A stretch of 63,287 bases of DNA, the filler included, from Kipferlia bialata (Eukaryota): assembly GCA_003568945.1 (NCBI GenBank). It is 5 parts of 5 records of this genome, joined end to end, with 100 filler letters (N's around TTAATTAATTAA, not from the genome) between each part and the next. Parts side by side here need not be neighbours in the genome. Positions count along the whole stretch, not along the records: positions 32,759 to 48,915 come from BDIP01000620.1; positions 49,016 to 59,499 come from BDIP01000642.1; 3 more parts are not named here. One strand, written 5' to 3'. Positions 38,701 through 52,700 of this stretch are shown here, in pieces. Every line of letters starts with the position of its first letter. The first letter of the stretch is position 1. The notes under the pieces were generated by a model. It saw only the letters and a list, made by a program, of their open reading frames with translations. It was not told where the DNA came from and did no database searches. Made by a program: the position numbers and the translations under genes.

Positions 38701-41461
38701 GGCACCCTCACACACGCATCCCCACTCTATTCCTGACAGCTATGCTAACAGAGATGACGGGAGCGGTGGAACGTGCAGGGGTAGAGGTATGATGCAACAT
38801 GGAGATACTAGGGGTGACTATTGGTTGCATTCAACACATGCTCTCACCCCCAGCTGATGGGTCCTCTGGGCCGTGCCATTGTGGAGTCCCTGGGGGGTGT
38901 CTGTGACACCTATTCAACAGCAGTGGCAGGTCGGTTATCAACCACTGTGCACAACCACCCAGTGTCTTCATTCTGCCCACTCACATCCAGGTCTGGCTGT
39001 AGATATCCCCAGTGACTTCCTGGGCCTTCCCCTTGTGCCAAGCGATGCAGAGGGTACAGACCACATGAGGTACAGGGATACAGTGTAGATGTAGATAGTG
39101 CGGTACATTTGGTGTCCCTGTCACCTTTATCACACTAACATCAGTCCCAGCACCTCAGTGGCCGGGATGACCGTCCCCTTTGACAGAAAGGTGACTGCAT
39201 GTCTCACTCTGTATTGCGTGACTCACTTACGTCAGGCCCTAGCTGTACTGTCTAACGACATCACCACTCTACACGATGACCTGGAGAAGGTGGCTGATGC
39301 ATACACCGCTGTGACACAAAGACACGGCGCTGACATGATATGTGTAACTGAGGTAGTTGGTATGCGTATCTTGTTCAGGCAGTCACAGATGTATATATAT
39401 ATACATTAATATATATCACCACTAGGCACAGGACGGTCTGGATAAGGTGCAGGGTCGCCTCTTAGAGATCCGCAAGTCTCTTGTCAGGCAATTGGCAAGG
39501 TAATATTTCGCTATTTCTTGACACATGGTATGACAAGTACCACCCATATATATATATATATTCCGTCCCTCACTGCCAGGTGCATGTTCAACACCCCTGG
39601 GGTGGTCGAGTTCAGCCATCACATCCTGTGCCCTGAGGTGGGGAAGGCCTCAACACCAGTCGCAGTTGTTGAATAGCTGTCTGTGATTCAGTACTTACCA
39701 TTATGATAATGAATTCATATGTATATACAGAATTATTTACTTATCCTTACTCCAGTGGTGCCAGGACGGGACTGCACAGTACACAGGTATATTAATGAGT
39801 AGCCACGACGTATCTAGCCACCCCTAATTGACAATTGGCAATTGTCATGATGGTAGAGTGTAATAACCATTACTCATGATGATCACTCACTCATACTACT
39901 TCCACCTTCCTACCACTCCATACCATTCCTAACACCCTAGTCCCCGCCCTCATTGCCCTGGAGAAGGTCCTGATGCGCACCGAATGCAGTGTGTACCCCC
40001 ACTCCAAGGTACTCAAAATGATTGTTGCAGCTGTCAGATGATTCCTTATGGATACGACATACCTAGTGAATCCAAGCCAAATGCTTTCAGTTGCGTACTT
40101 TCCAGTCACATTGCATATAGAGCGACTCTGTGCTGTATGTCTTTATGGATGAGAGATGATTTCTCACCAATAGGAGCTGTTAGCGTATGCTATTCCCACT
40201 CGGCTGATATCGGCTTACATTTCCGGTTGTCTGCTCAGGTAATACTTATATACACTGAGTGAGAGTGGTTTGGTTCAAGTGTTGCTTCTGTCTGACCCTA
40301 GGCTCAGTGGGCGGGACTCGGATATGAGACTCAACACCAGGAGGAGGGACACATCAGTCGACAGCCACACCCTTCAGGTACTGCACATATTATAGTCCCT
40401 ATCCTGAAGTATATACAACAGTTGAAACCGGCAAGTTGCATTGTTGTCTGGCAGTAGTATGTGATAGTAACCTCCTGTTGTGTCATAATCGTGTACGCTG
40501 TCTCTTTTAGATATCAATCTCCTCGTATCATAACAACTATCACTATTGTTACATGGATTAGTATTTGCGTGTTCCTAATCCTTCAGAGTCCGCACGTCCG
40601 GGACCGTGTCCAAAAGGATCTCCACACAATAGGTTGTCTTTCGATCCTGCAACAGTATCTGCTGCTAACATGGGTTTAGATACAGGCCATTTCCTATAGA
40701 TATCATAGTTAATACTATGCCCTCACACAGGTGCCTTCTTAGAGTCTCAGGTGGCCACGATGCTGCCTACCAGCTATCGCCTGAGGTTTGTCACCAGATT
40801 CACTGCACAGATCCAGGTTGGGCTCGACCTGATCCGTCTGGCAGGCATGGACTGTCCCGGCACACTGCTCAAGGTGATGGCGGGAGATGTATGCATATCC
40901 AATGGAGGGGTGTGTGTCCTACTTCTACTAACATGCAGGATATATGCCAGGGGTTCCTAGGTGGGCCTCACAGTCTGACAGAGGAGAGCGCTCGTCTGCT
41001 TCTGTCACTCCGGTATGTTGGTCTATATATGTGGAGCGAGTCTTCAAGGGTTGTATTCTCTGCAATCTCTGTTCCTTCCTTCTCACATCCCAGGGGGCCA
41101 GCTGGTGTGACTGGCACTGACATCACACACGACACACTCATAGGTAACTCGTTGCACAATGGTCTGTCGGGTCGTCGTCTTCTCTGTCTGTCTATATCTA
41201 TGTTTATAACCATCCATGTGTCTCATACCCCAGACGAGGTCAGGTCGGTGCTGAGTCCAGCTAAGGTGGCTAGACAGCTGGACGGGGGGTCAAGGTGAGT
41301 GCATGATACATACGTTCTGGATTCCACCCCGTTGTGGAACTGGGGTTTGTCCTTCTCTTTTGTTGTATAACCCCAGGCTCTCCCATGAAGAGAAGGTGTT
41401 CCTAGCTGTGTCCCAGTACAGTGATATGAGGCAGAGGAGGAGGGCCCTAGGGATATTCTAG
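32759..41461 (+). CDS. Large STAND/NACHT-like P-loop NTPase with winged helix, Pro-rich linker, degenerate DH-PH module and long C-terminal region; 5' partial
   Basis: Walker A LLVLLADMGMGKT (~33515-33552), Walker B LLVLDGFDEI (~33733-33762), sensor-1 AVITCR, HD1 MCQRPFML, WH LQSSGLI; later LMQPRRRVVAE and RDVFLLTDLLVV resemble the PH domain that follows Dbl domains. The downstream exons I checked (39.4-40.4 kb and terminal exon) are phase-consistent with TAG at 41459-41461. Confidence 0.72.
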
Positions 41462-42036
41462 GGAGCAAGTCGAGTGAGTCACTCGAAGTGACACAGTCAC
41501 TGACATCAGCTGCTGTCAGTGACCCTTGCGTCAGTTTGGTTGTTGTGCTACCTCTTAGAGTTGGGCATGCTTGCCGTAAGGCAGGCCACGTTTGGATGAT
41601 CGTGGTCCTCTATCAAGTGGGGGATCCTATTTTAATAGATATGTAGTGGTATGCGGCACCAGTAGCTGCCTGTATTTCGAAGGGAGAGATTAGGATTACG
41701 TATAGTTATGTGATAGGGCTAGTCAAAAACACAACTGTCTCTCTTAGCCTAAGAGAGTCTCTTAGGCATCTGGTATGCTAGTATATTCAAGCAGTCTGAC
41801 ACTCAGACTCAGGCTGCGAGTCTCAGCTGGGGGATGTATAGAGGATGCTACTCTCTCCAGAACATGGTCTGTGAGTCACAGCCTGTGACGCTGACCATAT
41901 ACAGCATTGGCAGTGTATATTCCAGGCACATTGTATTCATTTAGCGCTGCCAATACGTAGTGTACTCTGATGTCAAAGGACCAACACATATCCGGATACG
42001 ATACCACCACCAACTGTAGCACTAAGATAGGATCTA

Positions 42037-45000
42037 TCATGCCTGCATATATAAATACAATATCATACCTGGGCCTTTAGCACCATCTCCCCCCACTTCA
42101 CAGCCCTACTGACTGACAGTGTTCTCATGGAGAGACCTGGCTCCTAGATGTAAGTCAGAGATCGTATCCATTCAGTATAGGTATGTAGGTCCCTATTTAG
42201 AGACTAAATTGTACTAGTTAGTAGGAAGCGTCCATTACACTGCAATTTCTGATGCCTGAGTGTAGATGGTGAAAGACTAGATATAGGTATTGGTTCCTCA
42301 TACCTGCAGGGTAAGTGTGGCAGTCACGTCATCCTGCTCTTCCAGTGTAACCTGACGTCAACGTCACAAAGAAACCCTTTGAATGGGACTAGCTACACTA
42401 TTGTAATCAGATGAAACGCTATATTGATCTCCAACATATGCCTACCTCTACACTTTCCAGTGGCAGCTCTCTGATGAGAGTCATACTCTCAGCCGAGTCT
42501 ATTGGCCCCATCACCAACAGTATATCATTGAGAAGGTACACGGTGTGCTCGTTGGGTGGTGAGATCTGGAGGATACTGCACGCCACCTGGGTTGAGATAT
42601 ATGACTCCAGAGAAGTCTGAATAGAAAAGGTCAGATAGTGACGAGTATACAGTGTATCGGTGTACATACCTCTAGCTCCATCTTGCCTATCAGGCATCTG
42701 TGTGGCTGGAGTAGGGACTGCCGCATATCTACCATGTTGGCCCCGCTAAGGTCGTCGCACAGCTGCAGCAGGGAGTCCTTCTGGTCAGCCTGGCGCTTCG
42801 TCTCATTGGCACCGTCTGCGATGGCTGATAGCCTATCGACAGCAAGTCTCATACCCTCCAGCTCTGGATGCCCTGTTGGTGTGTGCTTCATGTACTCCTC
42901 GGCCAGCATCTTATAGCGCATGGTGCGTTGCACTGGTTCTATGATGAGTGACAGCATTGTTCTGCGGTGAGGAGGAATGTGCGGGGAATCTCTTCGGGGG
43001 AAGAGAAACAGGGCAATTGATCCATAGACTCTGCAGTGATGATCGTGTGAAAGTGACTACTATACACAGCTTAGCATATATACCTTGGTGGCTCCACAGA
43101 CTCAGCGAGGTCCAAGCTCCTGGACTCTTCACGTGACAATGCCTTATGAACCGCAGGCTCTGTTATCAGGGTCCGCAGTGCCTCGTATTGACCTATGTAC
43201 GGCTTAAAGTGACAGATCTGGGGGGCTGTCTGTATGAACACATCCCCGAGGGTGGCTCCTGAGACAACCATATTCTCAAGCGCCGTGATGATGTTGGAGC
43301 TGACTTCTCTCACAAGTGTGACGTTACGGGTATGTCTACTGAGGGACTCACTCTGTACGCCCTTGAGGGACTGGGACGCACCGTGTAGCCTAGTGAGGAG
43401 CTCAGCCATGCGACTGTTGAAGGTGATCTCAGTCTGCAGTACCTCCTGTACCACCTTCAGTCTTTGGTGTGACACACTGTCAGTGCTATCGAAGAGAACT
43501 TGGGCCAGAGACACGTGTACAGGAGAGAGGGTGAAGAGAGCAGCTTGGGTGCAGGAGTGGTCAAGGACTCCAGACTTCACCTCAGCCTGCCACTGCGAGT
43601 GCCCAGCTGGGGGTTGGAGACTACCTCACTACTTTACAATTTGCTCAAAGAAGGTACCCTGATATGCATTCAACTGACCCAGTGGTACATATATTACATG
43701 TCACATATGTATTGACTCTCATACCTGTGGACCTAGTGATCCCGTCCTGTCTCCACTGAGTGTGAGACCGACATGGAAAGGTGTTCAATTAACAATACAG
43801 TGATTAGAAAACAAGTGTGAAGAGGTATGTTAGTGGCGATCATGCATATATGTCAAACACGATCACAGTACGTTGCCAAGTGAATACCTCAACTCCAAGA
43901 ACACTCTCAGACAGAAGGCCTACCGTTGACAGACACCTGGGTATTGTTAAACAGTTGATGGTTGGTTATGTATGCCTTCCAGGGGAGTATAAGTAGTGTT
44001 TAAGGTATATTGACTATGACACTGTAGTGGCTGTATATGCATATGCCAAACAGAAGTAGGCATGGATGGGTATTACCTCGACATCACGCTGAGTACAATC
44101 TCCCTCCTAGTGTCCAGTAGGCAAGTGACGATGGAGTCGAGGAAGGGGAGGCGCTAGTGGTTAGGAGAGTCAGGATCAGACAGTGTGTTCAGGACTGACT
44201 CCGTATGGGTGTGAGCTCTCAGAGAATAGTCATTTCGGTGTTCCTACCTCTGCAACTATTGGCATGTCAGTAATGTCTGCCTCAAGTCCAAGGGTGAATG
44301 TATCTGCTACCATGTTCAGACCCACAATCATGGATGTGATGTCATTGGAGAGCAAACACAGGGTCTGGTGGTGAGTGTAAGGATTATAGTCAGGACCGAG
44401 TGAATAGGGGATACTATTCGGGCCCTGAATTTCAGAGGATACTCTTAACGGACTCTGAATGCAGTAGTTACAATGTTACCTCCACCATCGATAAGACCAC
44501 TGGTTCCTCCTCTGTGCTTTGCAGACTAGAGTTAGTAGGTATAGAGAGTGAATGATATATGGAAACATCTTAAGTGAAGATAACTGCTCAACAATGGTTG
44601 ACAGTGTACTCTGTATACCTGATGCGGTACTGGTTGCTGACTGCTGCTGGTTCTGTACTATCAAAAGAACCAGTGTCCTCTGTGTGTAAGGATAAGAGCA
44701 ATGTATAATAGTATATTGTGCAAGTGTATGAAGGAACGAATACTCTGTGGTAGCTATTTTGAAGTAGTTTATGAGTAAACTGTATCCTCAAAAGAGGTGT
44801 ACTCACCAGTCATTCCACACAATGACACCCTCACAGCCCTACCGAGGTGCCCCCTGAGCTGGCCTTAGACTGATCACGGAACACATCACAACAGATAAGA
44901 GGCATGCATGGATATAGTGAAGAGACAGTGACACGGTGCGACTCTTTAGAGAGATACCTCTGGTGTTTGGGACAATGAGTGACATGCAGAGTGAGAGGTA

Positions 45001-48000
45001 CTGTTGACCACCGTACGTATCTCAGCCACTGCGTTAGAAACTGAGGTGTCTTGATACATCCTTAAGATGTTGCGCCTGAAGAGATCACGCAAAGGTGTAT
45101 AATAGGTCACCAGATTTGTACTGTGTCAATCTAATACATACGCCGTGGACATGTATATACAAATGAGTAGACAGAGAGAGTGCTGGACATACACCACAGA
45201 ACCCTACCTGTGGCCTGGGTGTTCTTGTACAGAGTATCCCATGCTTCCTCCAGCCAGGTGGACTTCATCTCTCCCTCTCTCCCTTCCACTCCCTCTGCAT
45301 ATACCCCTGTCTCACCCATCTGGGCCTTGAAGACTGACACTATGGACCTGAGGTGGGTGATGGTGACATACACATATGGTAAACATGTCTCTATGCAGAG
45401 ACTATCTAGACACCATCAGACACGTACTGTAGCTCCTCAATCTGTCCCTCCATTGCCAGATCTACCCACTTCAGGGGGGTGTCCTCAATCATCGCTGTTT
45501 TCAGCCTAGAGTCAGGTCGGGTTGTTGTCTATCCTGAGGTACATATGTGTCTGTTAGAGTGTGTTACAACAATTACCTGGCTCTGAGGGGACCCAGGGGC
45601 TCCAGCACCGACAGCAGCCTTAGGTTGGGCCCTGTCAGCTGCAGTACATGCACTGATGCGTGTAGGGGGGAGGGGGGCTCAGGGTGCTGGCCTGTGTGGA
45701 GGGCCCGCATATACTCCAGGACAGCACCTAGGTCTGGGGTGAGAGGAGAACGTGTATGTGTAGTCAGGAAGAGAGAGCTGGGGATGGTAGAAACACACAT
45801 TCGTAGTAATAGAGAGACACTAGAATTTACACGCACTCACCGACGCCATACAGGGTATCGACCCTGTCATAGAGCCTTCTGTATATCTCTAGGGGCTCAT
45901 ACAGGCTCTCGAACGCTGCAAGATAGCTGGTATTGGCATGAGACAGGAGGATACTGTTCTCTAACTATATCCATTAGAGATACATCCTACCTCCTTGAAT
46001 CTATGAATGCTCCAATTTGTGAATACAGAGCCGTCCAATTGGGAGTCTGAGGTTAGGGTCCGTACATTGGCGGACTGGGGTTCAACAAAGGTTCCAATGT
46101 GGGATCTAAAACCCACCTCTACGTCCATTACATCATCAAGTGCCATGACCAGAACAGGGTCCTCGCCTGTGTTCTCTAGTGCTTCCTTCAGTTTAGAGGG
46201 AGACTGTGAAAGAAAACAACTACCAAGCAAATGTTTAATGTCTTGACCACAACCACCACAGCGCTATACCACTTATACAGCTGTATTACACGTTGCATAT
46301 CCCTAGTGATACCTGCGCCCTCTGTACAAGGAGACCAATGTGGGAGGCACCAGGGTCAGGGTCATGCAGGGACCGCATGGTGACAGCCTTGGACTTGGCC
46401 TGATATCAGCAGTATTCTCTTGGGAGTCTCAAGCATCTAGACGTATAACTCTGCAGTCGAGAAAGCGAAGAAGCCCCACTGGGACTCCCCACACAGCTAT
46501 GTGCCCAATTTCCTACCTGTATAGTGACTGTGGTGGGTGCTCTGACCGGACCCGTGTAGGTCACCTGGAGTAACTACAGTAAAGAGATGTGTCTTTGTTA
46601 GATTTCAACACGTTGTCTCACCTGAACATCGTCGAGGCCAATCTCATGTAGGACACTGAGGTCTCTGTTGGTCATGTGGTCTCTGGTTATCACAATGCGA
46701 TCTGTCAGCAGATACACATCCCGGGGCTTGGTGGTTGTGAGACCTGCCCCATTAGGTGCTGTCACCTGTCATGAGCACAGAAGAGTAGGACTCAGAGTAG
46801 CATGGATACATAAGCACATGGTATGTTACGCATCGGCCTGGCAAAGTAGCAGACACACCTCCAGCACCATAGAGGCCACCACGCCCTGTCTGGACCGACC
46901 CAGCTTGGTCTTCTGGCCCCCACTCATCATGCCGAGACGCTGCACTAGCGCCATCAGCCGTACCTTTTCGTCGAGCCCCTCTGACGTGATGTCAGTCCTG
47001 TCAGCCAGTGTCAGGTACAGCTCAGCACGCTGCAGGTCTTTGCACTGCTGACTCTCCGTGGGAAGGGAATCGCGGTAAGAACCCAGGTTGCGTAAAATGG
47101 CATTTTGACTCCTCTTGATGTTGTGGGTGAGCTTCTTCCTCCTGTGAATGAGCATGGATGGTATCATGGAGATTGCTTGGAAATCCAAGTAGAGACTCTG
47201 GCCACACTGAATGTCACAGACTATTTACAAAGCTTTACTTACCAGGCCTTAAGCCCTGCTAGTGACTCTCCAGCCTGTCGACAGACTGTCTTCTCCCCTA
47301 GGTATGTGCCTATGTCTGCCAGATGTCTGACCATGGGGAAGGGGGGGACACAGCCTATGATGGCATCTGATAGGGGGGTGGTCTCGGGGTGTGTCCTCAG
47401 AGACTGGGCACACACATCGGTGACCTGGCGAAGAGAACTCACATATGATATGTGCTGTTGCAGTGTAGTAGCTGCCGTAGGGACTGTCTGTAGACACCCA
47501 GAGAGCATGTGCCCGAGCTGATGAGTGGCACCCTCGCATACACCCACCCAGCACACGAGTGCCTCCAGTGCACGGTGTCTGGCATCGGAGGGGGTCACAG
47601 GTGGGGTGGTCTCCTCAACACGGAGAGACCCCCTAGAGAGAGACAGCGATCCAAGCCAGGACAATCGGCGTGGCCTGGTCTCACCCAACCTTCTGTTGTG
47701 TGGGCAGTCACCCTCATCAGAACAGGGGACGTCCTACGAGTTATTAGACATTAGAGTGTAGTGTCCAAAACGTTGTACCATTACATCAAACAGGTAACAT
47801 GGTGTATTAGTGTGGTGCTAATACCTCGCTAGCTCTGACAGGCTCTGTGGAACTGACGCTCTTGCCGTTGGAGGGCCACGACTTGTGGCAAGACCTCTGG
47901 GAGTTGTGCTGTGGAGTTGGAGCTGTCGTAGACACCTGTGTATTAGAAGCGTCAGCGCAGGTCGGAACTATGCAATGTATTATATTGCCAAGAAATCAAT

Positions 48001-48915
48001 TCAATCGAAGGTCGTTCAAACTATAGTGTATGATAAATATTGATAGTGCTCATATATATACATTGTTGGAACACAGCAGCAGTGGTAATACATACACATG
48101 ACCGTGCCATACCTCTGTGTCTGACAGGTCCCTTGGCACTTGGGGGTGAGGGACTGTTGGGGGTCTAGGGGGTGTGTGGCCGATACCGTGCTTGTCAATC
48201 AAGTGCTGCACGGTGGCTTGGAACACAGGTGCTATACTGTATCTAATTCCATCTGGCCCGGCTGTTACATCCAGTAGGCCAGAGGACTCAAACCTGGGCC
48301 ACAGAGAGAACGACGTCAGCCTCTGCACCTTGGTCTCATTGGACGAGAGTGTCTCCCTCGCATTCCCTCCCAACAGCTTCAGGAATGGGATAAGACAGTA
48401 CCTTCTGACTTGCTTCGTGACCCCCATGTGGTAGAGGACTGTGTGTGTGGATGTCTCTTTGGGGTCGATGAAGAGAGACAGCAGCGCATCTGGGTCTGAG
48501 GGGTCGGAGAGGTCCAGCTGGCCCAGCAGTGTCTGGCACACCCCGTACCCCCTGTTGGCTAGTACTCTGTCGTAGGGAAGGGACCCCTCCAGTCCCCCTA
48601 GCACTGACCCCAGTGCCACTCGGGAGGCTGTACCAGTCTGAGGGTGCTGTTGATGCAGCCACCCCTCCAGCACCCCCAGCAGACCCCCCTCCCTCTCATG
48701 CAGGCACTGCACTATGGACTGTGTCTCAGCCAACAGTACACGCAGCGTGGTCTCTATTTGGCACCTTGACACCTCCTTGAGGCCGTTCCTGTTGGACTGG
48801 TACTGCCTAGGGAGCAGCGTGCGTATGTCCCTGAGTAGGTCACTCTCTCTGTCCCCAGAGGCCCCTAGCAGGTGCCGCACAACCAGATCTGTGACGTCTC
48901 TCTCTCTCCCACTGC
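42037..48915 (-). CDS. Paralog of the 32759 gene lacking the NTPase core, ending in a canonical RhoGEF DH-PH module; 5' partial
   Basis: 48050-48880 ORF nearly identical to the N-terminus of the 32788 ORF; 47239-47688 and 45131-45836 match 34868-35314 and 36716-37270. DH motifs QRLKVVQEVLQTEITF (CR1) and SLIIEPVQRTMRYKMLAEEYMKHTPTGHPE (CR3); PH LLQPHRCLIGK, HTVYLLNDILLV, AVKWGEMVLKA. The DH-PH part could be a separate gene. Confidence 0.72.
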
Positions 48916-49015
48916 NNNNNNNNNNNNNNNNNNNNNNNNNNNNNNNNNNNNNNNNNNNNTTAATTAATTAANNNNNNNNNNNNNNNNNNNNNNNNNNNNN
49001 NNNNNNNNNNNNNNN
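48916..49015. other. Artificial scaffold-concatenation linker
   Basis: N44-TTAATTAATTAA-N44. Confidence 0.97.
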
Positions 49016-49138
49016 ATGGGGGGAGGGGGGGGAAGGGGGGGGGGGGGGGGGGATGACGAGACGCCTATCAGAGGCTCCCACACCAACACTATAACACATG
49101 TTGCATTATACAGTCTCCAGTACACCCACACCCATGTA

Positions 49139-49297
49139 CCTGTTATACTTGCATGTCTCTGAGCTTTCAATGGCACCAACATCAGCACCGTGGTCAAAGA
49201 GAGTCTCGTAGTCAGGGGGGGTCACGGACCCACATCCCTGGGCTAGACACGCACTGTAGAGAAGTAGCACTATAATACCAGTGGTGAATACACTCAT
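49139..49297 (-). CDS. First exon of a putative secreted protein (3' truncated)
   Basis: MSVFTTGIIVLLLYSACLAQGCGS... signal-peptide-like start followed by a GT donor. Confidence 0.45.
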
Positions 49298-49769
49298 GGA
49301 TTGAAAGAAGGATGAGCTGCACAGAAGAGCGGTTCAACTTCATTGAAACTACTCAACTGACAGTGTAACACTGTCAGTGTTCTATTTAGCAGCTGCTGGT
49401 ACACCTACTCACACGCCCCTTGAGTATGGATGTATCATCTTATCCAGTAACAATCATGACCAGCATAGTTAGAACTGCAAAACTCCGTGTCATAATAGAA
49501 GGGAAGACATGTAATGCAAGTCTTCGTCTTCGCCTGAGTGCTCAATGCAAAGTGCCACCTTAAACGCATGGCAAAGCCAAACCCCTCATCGGGCGTTCAC
49601 CATCAAGAGGGGGGGGGGGGCGAGTAGTGGTATGGGTACATCACTCCTCCAAGTGAAACAGCAAGGGCAACAGTACCACTGATACTGCTACCTACCCCAA
49701 GGGCAGTGCCTGAGCGGCTGTAGGGTCTAGATCCCGTTGATACACTAGTCTCTCTCTACCCCATGTGCT

Positions 49770-52700
49770 CTGCCTGTAGGATAACTAGGCAGGTGCCGGT
49801 GGTGCCAGAGGAGGGGCCCTGGGGGTTAGGACACATATGTATATGAAGAGAGAAACAGAAAGAGAGAGAGAGAGAGGTGCCAGTGGAGCCAGAGGAGGGG
49901 AAAGAATACATATAGAACAATTACACTTACGTATAGAGAGAGAAAGAGCTACTTGTACGGGCAGAGAAGGGTTTGTATATGATTACAGAGACATAATATA
50001 TACACATATGATAGATCTCTCTCTCTTTCCCTCGGTGTCTCGCCAGCCAGACTCTCTCTCTATATACATACGATATATATATCCATAAACACACTTTATA
50101 CCTGTAGGAACACCCCCTGCCCCCTGATGTCCATGCCACCTAGTATATATATAAATCTATCTATACATATATATTTGCATATAGAGTATGAACTATATGT
50201 ACCTGTAGGAACACCCCCTGCCCTCTGATGTCCATGCCACCCAGGGACGGGAGGTCAAACCTAGGGGTTAAACTGGCACTAAAGAGAGAGAGACAGATCG
50301 AGAGGGATAGAGAGAAGAACAGGCCAAATCAGGAAGAGGAAAACGGAGTCAGAGAGTGGGAAAGAACATAAACACCTCGATGTAGGGGTACATACCTATA
50401 GCTGTGGTCTGTCCCCAGTTCCAGCCTGTCTGTGCTGTGTAGGTGTCCCTCCCTGGCTAGTGCAGTGTGGATAGATGGGAGAGATGGGGTGTCAGGGTCG
50501 GTGGGGACAGACAGGGAGGGGGATCCACTGTAGACTGCCTGGGTGTAAATATAAGAGAGTTAATGTATATGCTTATCCACAGCAGACCGCATGATGATAA
50601 GTGGTGGATAGTGGAAACATGCACAATATAGACTGCTAGTGATAAGGACTCGCATTGAACTGAATCTGCTTCTGACTTAGTATCTTCTACTCATTTACCT
50701 ACTCCTTACCTTGAGTGGCCCCCCACAGAGGTCTGCCAGTATGGAAGCAGGGAGGTAGGCAGGGAGGGAGAGGGCGGTGTCAGAGACTGGGGGTGAGTCA
50801 CAAGAGTATTCATTACTGGTAGGAGTGTACATACATTCACACAAATATACGTCTACTAGTGCCACAATCTCTGCAATGGCATGGGCCACTACAACAAGAC
50901 GCGAATAGATATGAATGCACTTGTGAGGTGAAATAGTAGGTATATAGTAGATATATAGTAGATATATAGTAGGTATATAGGGTGCTGCACCTGTGACTGG
51001 CACTAGTCCCCTGCCCCGGCACTCAAGAGTATACATACACACATATATATCAACCATTAGCATATACTACTAGCGCCACTGTACCTGTGACTGGCACTAG
51101 TCCCCCACCCCCAGTACTAAGGTGCAGAGGGAAGGGGGGTATGGGCACAGGTACGTCATCTGGTGTGGCATGGGGTGACATGGGGTTGGGAACGACAGCG
51201 GGGACAGCGGTGACGGAGGTGGTCAGGATGGAGCCATGGGAGACTAGGGATAAGAGAGTGAGAATTAGAGAGGTGGGGGCACATATAGACAGAGAGAGAG
51301 AAAGGATGGAGGTGGTCAGGATGGAGCCATGGGAGACTGGTTAGGTTAGAAAGGATTGTACATATACATATATATATAGACAGAGAGATAGTGGTGATAG
51401 AGATCTCTCTCTCCATACCTGTGACTGCGGGTGCCTTGAGTGTGACTGTTAAGGGCAGGACAGTGCCAGGGGTGGAGGCAGCCTGGAGTGAGGATATTGT
51501 GCAGGGAGAAATATATATATATATATTTACTGATACGTGGTAACTACCACCTGAGCAGTGGGACATTCAATAATAGAACTGAGCAGGCAATCTTCAGAAC
51601 ACACTCATATATATATACATATCTATACCTGTGCCAGCGTGACACTAGGGAGTGGGGCATCTGCACCAAGGGGGGCACCCGCAGAGACAGTGGGGCCTGG
51701 GGGTGGATCGGGTATACATATTTTTAAACTCGACTTCTACACAATGCATATAGAAACACCTGTCAACTGAGCACCACAAAGATTCTCTCTCTATATATAG
51801 TATGAAGATGTGTACAGTCTATAGTATACGTAGTATATTGCATGCATACCTGTCAGGTGTGCCCCCCTGTCTGCACTTCTGACAGTGGCAATGTCACGGG
51901 CCCTGGGGGGTAAGAAACAAACATATATACAGAGAGGGAGAGAAAGGGAGCATAAGAGTGCTTTACCTGAATTGCGTCCGGGTACAATAATATGTATCTG
52001 TACATATGCATGTGTATACACTCATATGCACACACACAATTGATAGCGTTTGGGTGCCAAGTACATATAAATATAGAGAGAGGGGAGGGGAGAGAGAGAA
52101 TAAGGTACAGGGAGTGCATACACATACGAGTATACCTGATTGCGTCAGGGTGCCAGTCCCCGAGGATGGACATCTTCTCGACACTGGGTCAGGGAGGGGG
52201 GGGGGAGAGAGAGAGAGAGAGGAGAGAACAAAGCTTGTATCCCTCTAGGAAATATTCCTCTATATACATGTGTGGATGTAAACCCGTACCTCTCCTCCGA
52301 TATCTGTATGACTGGCCTCCCCGCCTCAGTGTTGGCTGTACAGAACTGGACATAGACCCAGTTGTGGGGGGAGTCCTGTTGTTAGACTACTATATATCAC
52401 ACATAATCATATCTATTTATATAATCATACTTTGGAGGCCACATACATATACCTACAACGATATATTATAGTATCGATTCGCTCTTATGTTCCTGGAAGT
52501 AGTCGATGTCCCCCGAGTGGTGGACACCAAAGGTTGAGAGAATGAGACCATGTATCATTATAATATACTACATATACTATACAATGCAAATATATATACA
52601 GTTCATGACGTGTACCTGGAAGTAATCTATGTCCCCTGACTGGTGTAAATAGGTGTTGCTATGCATTATAGTACATACAATGGAACAACGTATACAGTAA

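Noticed and set aside
32759..48915. Scaffold-wide terminal inverted repeats suggesting a Polinton/virophage or DNA transposon
   Set aside because: The inverted similarity is coding paralogy, diverged and intron-containing; no integrase, polymerase, capsid or transposase motifs seen.
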